64,000 nt of DNA from positions 850,453-914,452 of the forward strand of contig BFEA01000035.1 in the NCBI GenBank assembly GCA_003427395.1, given 5' to 3'. Both the position numbers and the translations under genes were made by a program. This document shows, piece after piece, positions 1 to 10,933 of this stretch. Under the pieces are notes generated by a model. It was not told the origin of the DNA. It was given only the letters and a program-made list of their open reading frames with translations, and did not search any database. How positions within the stretch are numbered: position 1 is the stretch's first letter; every line of letters begins with the position of its first letter. The DNA comes from Chara braunii. Lineage: Eukaryota > Plantae > Charophyceae.

Positions 1-59
1 TCTCTCTCTCTCTCTCTNNNNNNNNNNNNNNNNNNNNNNNNNNNNNNNNNNNNNNNNNN

Positions 60-113
<54 letters not shown>
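1..113. repeat. (CT)n microsatellite with gap; many further (GA)n, (CA)n, (TA)n and (GGAT)n tracts across the window
   Basis: Directly visible, e.g. near 3192, 10068, 30713, 31345, 37544, 41531, 47172, 51214 and 55905. Confidence 0.95.
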
Positions 114-116
<3 letters not shown>

Positions 117-275
117 GTTGTCTTCTTTGCAGGTACGCGGCACCTTCCTCCACCAGCGCAGCTATGGCGGACCTCTTCTTCGGTGATAGTGAACTTCAAC
201 TTTGGCGCGCTTCAGCTATGGCGCCCCACTTCGGCATACCGCGGACAACAACGGCGTGTGAGATAGCGGGTACCA

Positions 276-1287
276 GCTCCGATACCAATGCAATCAGACT
301 CGCTTACTTTTCCACTTCGCATTCACGCAAACAGATGGCAAGTCACACTGGGGCTTAGCGCCCACTCAAAGCTCAGAGATATGTAAGTCGGAAACACAGT
401 TCAGATACGTGCTCGCTTCAACAGGCTATGGCGCATCAGCGCCTGTACAACTCTCTGTTCGTCACTGTGCTCAACTCCGCTGTTCACACACACTCAACTC
501 AGGATCGCCCTGGATATCCCACACGCGACACACTGTATCACACACACGCACACACTACACTTGCCTACCACCTACGGCGGTTATGGCCGCTTAACCCTGC
601 AGGTCCCTGCTGGCTATGGCTACGCAACCCCTACTGTGCCCACTTCGTCTTCGGGCGCTCTGCAGACCACCTCTCACAAGTCGCTCAAGCAGCGCTTGCG
701 CATGGCTTACGCAGAAATGAATGAATGGCTGGGCGCTGCCTCTTGATTTATACTTCTGTAACTCGTTGGCCTGCCCCTTTCTCATGCCCTTGGTGCACAC
801 AGCCCCTCACGGTACTTGCTTGACTGGACTGTGACTGACTGGGACCGGTACCGCTGACTGCATGGTTTGCACTGTCAACTCGATGCAGTCGCACTGCCGA
901 CGTAACGCAGTTGGGCTCACCACTTGCCCGCTTGCCTCTGTCCAAACGTGAGACAACTTTGAAAGGCCACTTCCGGACCTTCCGGAAGTCTGTGGGCTTG
1001 GCCTTTCGAACACTGTAGCAGCTACGACCTTGACCTTGCAGGACTGTAGCAGCTATGACCTTAACCCTTCAGAAGAGCTACAGCTACGACTTCTAGACTC
1101 ACTAAGACCTCTATCCTCCAGGTCTACAGATCAAACCCCTACAACCTACGGACCTACGACAGCCTACCAACTTTGTTGTGAATACACAGGTCATGGGTTC
1201 AACTCTCGGGGTCGACACAGATACTGTACACAGGTGAGGTAAGAACTAGGGATCGAGCCCTGGGATCTGCATTCGCTACTGCTAACA
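276..1287 (-). mobile_element. 5' LTR (289-1287, TG..CA) with tRNA-iMet PBS, family A; internal part truncated
   Basis: Minus strand reads TGTTAGC...GATTGCA, then 1 nt later TGGTATCGGAGC (276-287). Homologous copies at 43317-44176 and about 63930-64000. Confidence 0.85.
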
Positions 1288-1737
1288 GGTGAATACCGTT
1301 TCACCCGCTAGGGATGTAAAAGCAGCTGGATGCAGAATCTGAGGTACATGCGATAGTACGCTACACAGCGTGCGTTACAGCCCCATTGTAATCATAGAAA
1401 GTACCGAAAAAAAAAAAAAAAAATGAAAAAAAAAGAAACATAAAATCTCTGGACGTGAAAGCAGCCGGATGCAGAATCCTGGGTACATCTGAGAATCTTG
1501 GGCGTTACAGCACTGCTGTAATCATGCCAACAGCAAAACAAAAAAGAAAAGAAAAGAAATGAAAAAAGCAACCATGCTATGGACATGAAAGGAGGTGGAT
1601 GCAGAATCTTGAGCACATGTGAGATTGTGTCCTTTGTTGCAAAGTGTCCGCTGCCCGTTTGATGCGTTCCTAGAACCATTGATGTGAGCACCCCTCTTCA
1701 CGGCCTTTCCCAACACAAAGTCCATATTGGAGTCTCG

Positions 1738-1768
<31 letters not shown>

Positions 1769-1966
1769 ACAGGCTGACCCGTGGGGCGGAAACATTTCGA
1801 TTTGGCCGGGCCTCCTCGGGAGCCCCGAAAAATGCGGTGTGATGTATATTACTATATTACTAATAATATTAGTATATTCCCGTTTTTCCCAACACCCAGA
1901 AAGGTAGTGGTTGTTTAATTGATTAAGAAGTGAAGACTGAAGCTTTGATGGCTGCTTGTGGTATAG

Positions 1967-2140
1967 GTTTTCAATCTGGAATTTAGAAAGAGATGCAGCT
2001 CACAGCAGACGCGTACTAAGGCCTCCAAGCCAAATGGTGATTTTGCAGAACCATATCTGGGATCACCAGAGGCAACGGAAAGTCGAACTGGATCGATTAG
2101 ACTCGTCCACTCAGTAACACCTGATGTTGCACATGATAAG
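1967..2140 (+). CDS. Candidate internal exon of an unidentified plus-strand gene
   Basis: gtatag| 174 bp open, phase 0-0 (VFNLEFRKRCSSQQ...DVAHDK) |GTAGTT, in non-repetitive sequence. No recognisable domain. Confidence 0.35.
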
Positions 2141-2722
2141 GTAGTTAAAAATGAAAATGTACTTGGCACATGCCACAGCACAGTGCATTCCTTTTCTCCT
2201 TTCTATCCCTACACTTGCGGCAATTGCTAATGTGAGAAATCTGGGCATCCGTTCGCGATCCTACCGGGCCGACGCGCGATCTTAAGATTTCGAAATCGTG
2301 CGGCAACCCAGGTCGTTCGCGGTTCCTACCGGGCCACGACCAGGATCGATGCGCGATCTTAAGATTTTAAGATCGCGTGATGATCCGGGCCATTGGCCAA
2401 TCGCCCAGATCAGAAGTTCTCAGCCCAATGGAAGTTAGGGCGGCCAGGCCTGGGAAAAAAACGGTTCTGGGTGGGCTGATCCCCGATTGGGTGCAGCAGT
2501 TCGGCCCTTTTCCCACACATGTCTTTGGCGGCGCATAGTGGGCGGACACACGCACGCGGTGTATAGCGGACAAGACAACATGCACTCACACGGACGCCCG
2601 CCTGCCCACCCACTCAAGTACACTTACAAACACACACACCCACACACCCACACACCCACACACCCACACACCCACACACCCCACACACACACATGCACGC
2701 ATGCACGCAAATGCATTGTGGG

Positions 2723-2779
2723 CAGATTGTCAGGGTTCAACCTCCTGATGAGTTGGTGAAAGTCCAACAAAACAGTATG
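2723..2779 (+). ncRNA. Type III hammerhead ribozyme (GAAA mutated to AAAA)
   Basis: cagatt-GTC, stem I (aGGGT tca ACCtc), CTGATGA, stem II (GTTGG tgaaagt CCAAC), aAAAC, then stem III partner agtatg. Confidence 0.8.
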
Positions 2780-3191
2780 GCACAGTCATGTTTTTTCTTT
2801 TATGGAGTTGCACGCGCGCTAGAGAGCAAGAGTGCGTGCACGCAAATGCATTGTGGGCAGANNNNNNNNNNNNNNNNNNNNNNNNNNNNNNNNNNNNNNN
2901 NNNNNNNNNNNNNNNNNNNNNNNNNNNNNNNNNNNNNNNNNNNNNNNNNNNNNNNNNNNNNNNNNNNNNNNNNNNNNNNNNNNNNNNNNNNNNNNNNNNN
3001 NNNNNNNNNNNNNNNNNNNNNNNNNNNNNNNNNNNNNNNNNNNNNNNNNNNNNNNNNNNNNNNNNNNNNNNNNNNNNNNNNNNNNNNNNNNNNNNNNNNN
3101 NNNNNNNNNNNNNNNNNNNNNNNNNNNNNNNNNNNNNNNNNNNNNNNNNNNNNNNNNNNNNNNNNNNNNNNNNNNNNNNNNNNNNNNNNNN

Positions 3192-3268
<77 letters not shown>

Positions 3269-3478
3269 GAGACGGCTAAGGGGGGAGGGTAGGGAGAAGT
3301 CAGTGGGTGGGTGGGGTAAAGGCATACCACATGGTGCAATTTTTGTGTTTTGTTTTCCGTTTTTTGTGCAATAGAAAAAGGCATTGGTGGCATGCCGCCC
3401 TTTTTTTTTTTTTTTTTGAAGAAAGTCTCCTCGTTAGGAGAGGTGCTAAGAGCACCCCCTCCTAGCGAGAATCCTGGA

Positions 3479-3540
3479 TGCTCCAGTCTATTTATTGGTG
3501 GGGAGCAGCACTTGCTGGAAAATGGGTCCAGCGTCCCATT
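3479..3540 (-). repeat. About 60-nt structured interspersed motif (family C); other copies at 15642, 18400, 28190, 28388 (opposite strand) and 33527
   Basis: Plus-strand consensus gctcca(g)tctattggtggggagcagcacctgctggaaa.cgggtccagcgtccc. Confidence 0.9.
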
Positions 3541-3728
3541 GTACACTCCAACCATTAACGCATCACCTGTCGTATTTGTTTTTGCGAGCGAAGCTGCAGC
3601 AGGTCATCTAGCGATAACACTGATAAGTAATAGTCACTGGGGAGATGGTCAAATTGTCGAATTGTCAATGGTGCATGGCCAAATGGTCTACTGGAAATGG
3701 TAAAAAACTGGTTAGCTGCGCATGGTCC

Positions 3729-5709
3729 TGTTATGAACTTCGTTGTCTGTCAATTTTCATCAACACCCACGCATGGACAATCTCACGCACGCCCACACAT
3801 GCATAAGAAGAAGGGGAATGGAGACAGAGTACACACTGCACACAGACAAAGTCAGCAGCGGGAAAAACATTATGCACAGGTGTGGAGATAAAACGAAGGG
3901 TTTCTCACTCTCTGACAATACTCCCAACAACCAATCACAAGTAGACACCTGCGATAATAACAAAGGAACAATCTGAGATTGAGCCGATCTGAACCAATAT
4001 CGTTACGGAGTTTGTCTCAGTGTCTCGTCACTCACACAATCACACACTCCACTCCCTAGACTACACCCAGTTAGTAGCGCCCCACAACAACAGCCTCCCA
4101 TAAGCCTGCGCTAGCCACCCAGATGAAGAACATGAACTGCGATGTAACCCTCAGTGCCGATGAGCAACTCGGACGAAGAAAGCTGCAGCAACAGTGGTCC
4201 ATCCACGAATATCATGTAGAGCCTCAGAATAGCCCAGCTGATCGCAAGCACCCCCAGGGGTGAATGCTCAGAGGACGCCCCAGCTATGGCGAGCTCCAGA
4301 AGGCTGGCGATGGCTGCCGTCCACGACGATGGTCTCAGGATGCCGCCTGTAGGCAATCGTCTCCACTGTACTTGCTTGGCTCAGAATGCTCTGGCTATGG
4401 CAGACAGTATATGCCCTTCTCGCCACTTTCTTCCAGAGACTGCTTCTCCAATCTCCATGCACAGAAAGTCACCAAACTTGTTGAACTTGCAGAAGACACT
4501 AAGGCGCTTCAATCATTTGTACTAGATTCACTGAATCTAGTCCGGTGGCACTCTGACAGTCAGGAGAAGATACTTCGCCACTTTCTCCCTGATCCACTGA
4601 CACTGGAAATGGCCCCAAATGGGGTCAACACAATGTAGGGTTGACTCTAGCAGTCAATCCTAGTCAGCGCTACTCTGTGATGAAGTCACCACTCAGTTCC
4701 TCAGGGTCCTCAGGGGTATTTCGCCACTCAGAGCCAAATCACGATTTTGGCTCTAGTACCAATACTGGCGAGATAGCCCTGTACTCGCCACACCAAGTCA
4801 GGCGCTCTGGCAGGATACTGTGCCTGATCAATCCAATCACTGATCTCTTGAATTCACCGCCTGTATCTCTTCTCCTCGCCTGCTTCAGTACTGAAGAAGA
4901 AGAACCGCCATGGATCTCTCTCCAGAAGATCATCAGAAGAAGAAGATGCCCCAATCGTACTCAACCCTTAGAACGTCAGATCCTATCTCGCTCCGATACC
5001 AACTGTTATGAACTTGGTTGTCTGTCGATTTTCAAATCACACAGACAATCTCACGCACGCCCATACATGCATAAGAAGAAGGGGAGAGGAGACATACTAC
5101 ACACTGCACACAGACAGAGTCAGCAGCGGGAAAAACATTATGCACAGGTGTGGAGATAACACGAAGGGTTTCTCACTCTCTGACAATACTCCCAACAACC
5201 AATCACAAGTAGACACCTGCGAGGATAACAAAGGAACAATCTGAGATTGAGCCGATCTGAACCAATATCGTTACAGAGTTTGTCTCAGTGTCTCGCCACT
5301 CACATAATCACACACTCCACTCCCTAGACTACACCCAGTTAGTAGCGCCCCACAACAACAGCCTCCCAAAGGCCTGCACTAGCCACCCAGATGAAGAACA
5401 GGAACTGCAATGTAACCCTCAGTGCCGATGAGCAACTCTGACGAAGAAAGCTGCAGCTATGGCTGCAGCGCCACGGCAGATGCCATGCACGATCCCAGAG
5501 GAAGATGCAGCAACAGTGGTCCACCCAGGAATACCATGTAGAGCTTTAGAAGCCCAGCCGATCGCAAGCACCCCTAGGGGTGGATGCTCAGAGGACGCCC
5601 CAGCTATGGCGAGCTCCAGAAGGCTGGCTATGACTGCCGTCCATGACGATGGTCTCAGGATGCCGCCTGTAGGCAATCGTCTCCACTGTACTTGCTTGGC
5701 TCAGAACGC
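3729..5709 (-). mobile_element. Small non-autonomous LTR element: two LTR copies and a short internal region with PBS
   Basis: Direct repeats begin tgttatgaact at 3729 and 5004 and stay collinear for about 700 bp. PBS TGGTATCGGAGC on the minus strand at 4990-5001. The second copy is cut at 5710 by sequence beginning TGTCACG. No gag/pol coding seen. Confidence 0.8.
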
Positions 5710-6403
5710 TGTCACGCGAAAAATGAAAACAGCCAAAAGTCCTAACCTTAGCGACCTAGATCTATTAATAGACTAGCCTAGACCTAGACACGGACTGGAC
5801 CGGCCGGTACCGTTTCAGTTTGGGCCTCTAGGGCCTCTACCTACCTGGCTATAGGTTCTCATGCCACGGGCCTAGGCCCTAGGGCCTCCCGTCCTATTGA
5901 TAGCCCGGGCCTGCTATTCGCAGTGCGGTCTAAGGGAACTGCGGGCCTGTAATTGTCCCGAAATTGCAGATATGTCCCTCACGAATTTCCCTCAGCACTG
6001 AACTCTCGGTTATTCCCTAGCACAAACAAAATTACAAATCTAACCCTACCGCTGTTACTGTACAGCCTCGCAGTTAGATCGCGGCAGTCAAAATCAGCAA
6101 GTCATTGCAGTCCAATGGTCCATGGTCAAAAAGTGGTCAACGATACATGGTCAAATGGTCAACTGGCGATGGTCAACGGTCTACAGTCAACAGAAGGTGG
6201 TCAAAGGTCCAGAGCTCCTTGTCAAATGTTCTTAAGGGTCTGTGGTCAAATTAAGACCTTACCTTGACCAGCCAATGGTAAAATGGCCAAATAGCAGCCC
6301 ATGGTGAACGGTTAAAAAATGGTTACTGAACAGGGAATAGGCCAAACCTGATCAATGCTCTAGAAGCAGTCGTTGGGCTTTGGGGTATCCTAAGCGGATA
6401 TCA

Positions 6404-7045
6404 GTGGAGGTGCTGTGAGGAGGATGTCCTTTGTTTAGGGTTGAGGGCTTAGGAAAGTTTTGAGGAAGGGCTTATGGAGGGTTTGGGAATGTCTGGGGAG
6501 GATTCGTTGTTTACGAAGGGTTCAAGGAGGGTCTAAGGAGGGTTATTAGCGAGGGTTATTTGTGGAGGTGCTGTCAGGAGGATGTCCTTTGTTTAGGGTT
6601 GAGGGCTTGGGAAGGTTTTAGGGAGGATTTAGGGAGGTCTAGGGAGGATTCGGTGTTTACNAAGNNTTCAAGGAGGGTCTAAGGAGGGTTATCAGCGAGG
6701 GTTATTTGTGNAGGTGCTGTCAGGAGGATGTCCTTTGTTTAGGGTTGAGGGCTTGGGAAGGTTTTAGGGAGGATTTAGGGAGGTCTAGGGAGGATTCGGT
6801 GTTTACGAAGNNNTCAAGGAGGGTCTANGGNGGGTTATCAGCGAGGGTTATTTGTGCAGGTGCTGTCAGGAGGATGTCCTTTGTTTAGGGTTGAGGGCTT
6901 AGGAAGGATTTAGGGAGGATTTAGGGAGGTTTAGGGAGGATTCGGTGTCTATGAAGGGATCAAGGAGGGCTTAAGGAGGGGTTAGGGAGGGCTTAAGGAG
7001 GGGTTAGGGAGGGCTTGAGGAGGATTTAGGGAGGGTTCAGGGTTC
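6404..7045 (+). repeat. About 147-bp G-rich tandem repeat (roughly 4 units) with TTTAGGG-like subrepeats
   Basis: aggtgctgt.aggaggatgtcctttgtttagggttgagggctt recurs near 6408, 6566, 6712 and 6858; internal (t)ttagggagg repeats. Confidence 0.9.
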
Positions 7046-9302
7046 TGGGTTCACGGTCAAGAAGTGGTGAATGCACCAGGAAGTGGTTTACAACTGGTTG
7101 TCAATGGTCTGGAAGGGGTCAACGAGCCTCGAGCCATGCTGTGCGGACTGAGGGAGTTGATGCGGTCTTAACTCACCTTCACCTATCGCCTATCACTGTG
7201 GTCAGCGTCTTAAGTTCTCTTAACCTTGATTGGTTTTCTGAACTCTCTCTCTCCATATATGGGCCCTTCCTCTGCAGTTTGTGAATGGGGTATAGGATTG
7301 GAGGGGTAGAATCGTGAGATCAATCGAAATTGGGCTTTGTGATTTTCGTCTGTTGTCTCTGAAACAGGGGGGCAGGGGATAAACCGTGATACCCACGGCA
7401 GTTGACCAGGAGTGTGGAACAAATTGGACGATTATTTTCCGAATCTCGATTCAACTACACCGTCTCCCTTTTCTTGCTGCCCCGACTCCTTCGCCGCCCC
7501 CCCCACTTTCCCACCATGGCCTTCATCCCCTACTGTACATGAGGCAGTGGCGGGAAGAACATCCCCTCTCCCTTCCCTCCCCTCTTTCCTTCGCCTCAGG
7601 ACTGAATGACATCATTTTCTGTATTCTCAGTTTGTCATTATGAAAGGGAACTCTATATGTTTGCCTCTCCCCTAAAGGTGCGCTTGGAAGGCTTAACTAG
7701 GGTTAAGGTGACATAGCCAGGCTTTAGGAGGAGGGTTAACCAAATAACCAAACTGGATACGACATCTGGTCATCAGCTTGGGCGCTTAATATCTTGGAGG
7801 ACCTGGACTTTGGGTCAGTGGGCGGTGGAGTGCAATAACGACCTTGGTCTTGCAGCGTCCAAGGTCCTTTGCGGGACCAAGCTGCTTACAAGATGTGGGA
7901 TGTGACATTTGCGAATATCAGTGAGATTCTCTACAAACTCCCCTACCCACTTTGCGTGGGCATTATATCGCCCATCTTGTGGTGCCAAAAAAAAATGTCG
8001 ACTGTTGATCGACACCATGGGCTATCAGATCTTGCATGAGTTGGAGAGTTATGTATCGCTTGATCCATTTCTCGTCACATATATAGATGGATGGATGGAT
8101 GGATGGATGGATGGATGGGTGGGAATGTGACTTCAAAGATTAATCAGGTAACTCATGCGCAACCGCCTGAATGCCCATGTGGTATATTATTTTCTCCTGC
8201 TTCTAAGGATTTGAAAACAAAACTGCAAAGAGCACTGTGCATCCTCAAGAATGGTACCTGAGCTGAGAGAGAGAAACATTTGTCCTCTATACATAAATGT
8301 CCGATGTACAGGCGGGCTTTATCGGAGGGATGACCTTGGTTAAGGCATATGCGATCGTTGTGTTTGTTGCTGAGGTGCAATCCAATTTCGCTATCCCTCC
8401 TCTAAAGCCCGGCTATGTCTCCTTAATCATGGTTAAGTCTTCCCAGCTGAGGTGTGATCCAACGTCTTTCGGACTCGCTCCCGAGTGTTCTTGGTACCTC
8501 TGCTATTCCAGCTAAAGCGTGGCTATGTCTCCTTGACCCCGGTTAAGCATTCCCCGTTGAGGTGATATCAAAGGTCCCTCCCACAAGTGTTCTCTCTGCC
8601 TCGGCTATGCCTCCTGAAGCCTTGCTATCTCTTCTCATCACTTGTGAAACTTCCCAGCCGAGGTTCAATCCTCTGGTCAAGCATTCCCAAGCGTTTACCC
8701 CGGTTAAGCCTTTCTAGACGAGAAACCATCAGATGTCCCTGCATGCCCTTTCTCTTTGCTCATCCGATGTCTCTACATACCCTTTCTCTTTGACACATCT
8801 GATGTCTCTGCATACCCTTTCTCTTTGCCACCACTCTCTCTCCTGAAGCCTGGTTCTGCGTCCTTTACCTTGGGAAGAATTAGCTTTGGGAATAATTAAG
8901 CTTGGCCAATTCTTTCCAAGGCTTGTGATGGAAGCTCCGCCCGCCCTGTGGAGCGTTATCCATCTCCATCTCCTCTTTATGCCCCAACTTCTCCTCCACA
9001 GCTATTGCTATGTTTCCGCCAAGCCCGCCTATTGGACTGCTATCCGCATGGTTCCATCGCTATGTCCCCGTAACCCTAACCCTGGTTAAGCCTTCCCATT
9101 CGAGTCGTTGACAGCGATCGCTTGTCGTAACATCCCTGTGTTTGGCGCTTGTGCGCAGTATCGCAAGAAACTTTTGTAGTCTAAGAAGAGGAGGACTTTG
9201 TTGCACTACTATCTGGTGGTAATGCTGCCAAGGGAGTTGGAGAAAGTTCACCTTTGGCATTTTTGTGCGGAGCGGAGAAAATGACGTGGCTAGCTGCGAC
9301 AG

Positions 9303-9392
9303 GAGTCGGCGCTAATGGCTGTGAATGCCATAGAAAGTACTAGAAACCAGGGTTCTTCAAGGCGCTGGAATTCAACGCAGAACCTGCAAAAG
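9303..9392 (+). CDS. Candidate internal exon of an unidentified plus-strand gene
   Basis: gacag| 90 bp phase 0-0 (ESALMAVNAIESTRNQGSSRRWNSTQNLQK) AAG|GTGGGT. Weak polypyrimidine tract. Confidence 0.3.
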
Positions 9393-10095
9393 GTGGGTGT
9401 AGTCTGTCAGAGATTCAAAGTCGATGCCAACTCAGATGCACAGTGCCACCGGACCAAAATAGCTGGCACTGTCACCCGAAAGAACGAAAGATCGCGTCCA
9501 CTCCGGTTCGTTCTTTTGTGACGCGCAGCACTCGGGACACACACACAAAAAAAAGGACAGTCTCGGACACAGAGGCGGTTGACAAAGTCCGAGTGTGGGT
9601 ACACCACCAAACGTAGAAGATCTTGCGTTGTGTGTTTACCTTCTGCCATGGCCGACAGTTGCTGCTCGAGGAGTGCTAGAGGTAGGGCCTCGCGTGTGTG
9701 AACGGATGACAGGAGCTTGAGGCTGGTTCTCATCCTTCTCCAAGACATGAATGAAAGATCTCTTTTGTATTTTCAAATATTTATTTTGGAAATTGATAGA
9801 TAGAGCTACATGGGAGTTGAGTCATTAGGCTGGTGGCTTCTCTAGCCTGTTTCTTTGCTACTTTCTCGAAGTTTCTCCTTACTTATCTGTGTGTATAGTA
9901 TATATACCCGTATATTACCTACGGTTGCTAGTTTGGGATTAAAACCAATTGGTGAGATTTGTATATTGTGCAGCAGCCATACGTTGGAAAGAAGAGCTTA
10001 ATCACAAATAGGACAAGATATTAATGAGGCCAGATCATTTGGCTGCAGGTTATTTTGACGTAGAGTCTGTGTGTGTGTGTGTGTGCATGTGTGTG

Positions 10096-10145
<50 letters not shown>

Positions 10146-10146
10146 N

Positions 10147-10194
<48 letters not shown>

Positions 10195-10933
10195 CACTGT
10201 GCAGGTTAGCAGTGTTATAGCTGAATGCTTTGCAGCAGCTGCATGTTAATGGACAAGTCAAGAGTGGGAGTGCAAAATAAAAATGGCAGCTTTTGCATCA
10301 GTCATGATGGTTTTCTTTTCTTTTGGTCATCAAAATCAAGGTGGTAGTGACTCTTATGTACAGTAGTTTCCAAGTAGAGCAAAGTTTTCTACGCGCGGAC
10401 ACTTCAATTTCCTTGTTTTGTTTTTTTTTGTCACTTTTCTTCTTCTTTATTTTGCAATGTTAGTTCTCATGACTGACGCTGCTGCAGATCTGCGGCAGCG
10501 ACTCTGCAACAGCATCAGATCTAACATTCAATTTTTTTTCTGGCAGTATTCTAGGGTTGGGCAAAAGTGATCAACGGGAAAAATAGGCAAAGGAAGGTGC
10601 AGGTGGTTTAAAGTTTAAACCACCAGTCCTCCCCCCCGCCCGCCCGTCGCCTCCGAGGGGGAGGGTCGGCTGGTGGTCAGTGGGGCTTCAGAAAGTTTTG
10701 CGTGCGCCAATTTTGGTTCTTTCCGCGCTTAGGTTCATACGTTTGAAAATTTTTAAAAAAATCCGGGGCGCCGATTTGGTTCTGAAGCTTCTGATGAATC
10801 TGATACCCTTTCCAGGAAGAGTGCCGCACGGTGCCTTTTTTCCCCCTTTTGGGAGTCGATCCAGAGTGAAAATTTCAGCGAGTTTCTGCCATGCCCGCAT
10901 ATGTGTTTCTCTTACATTTTTTTTATAATAATC

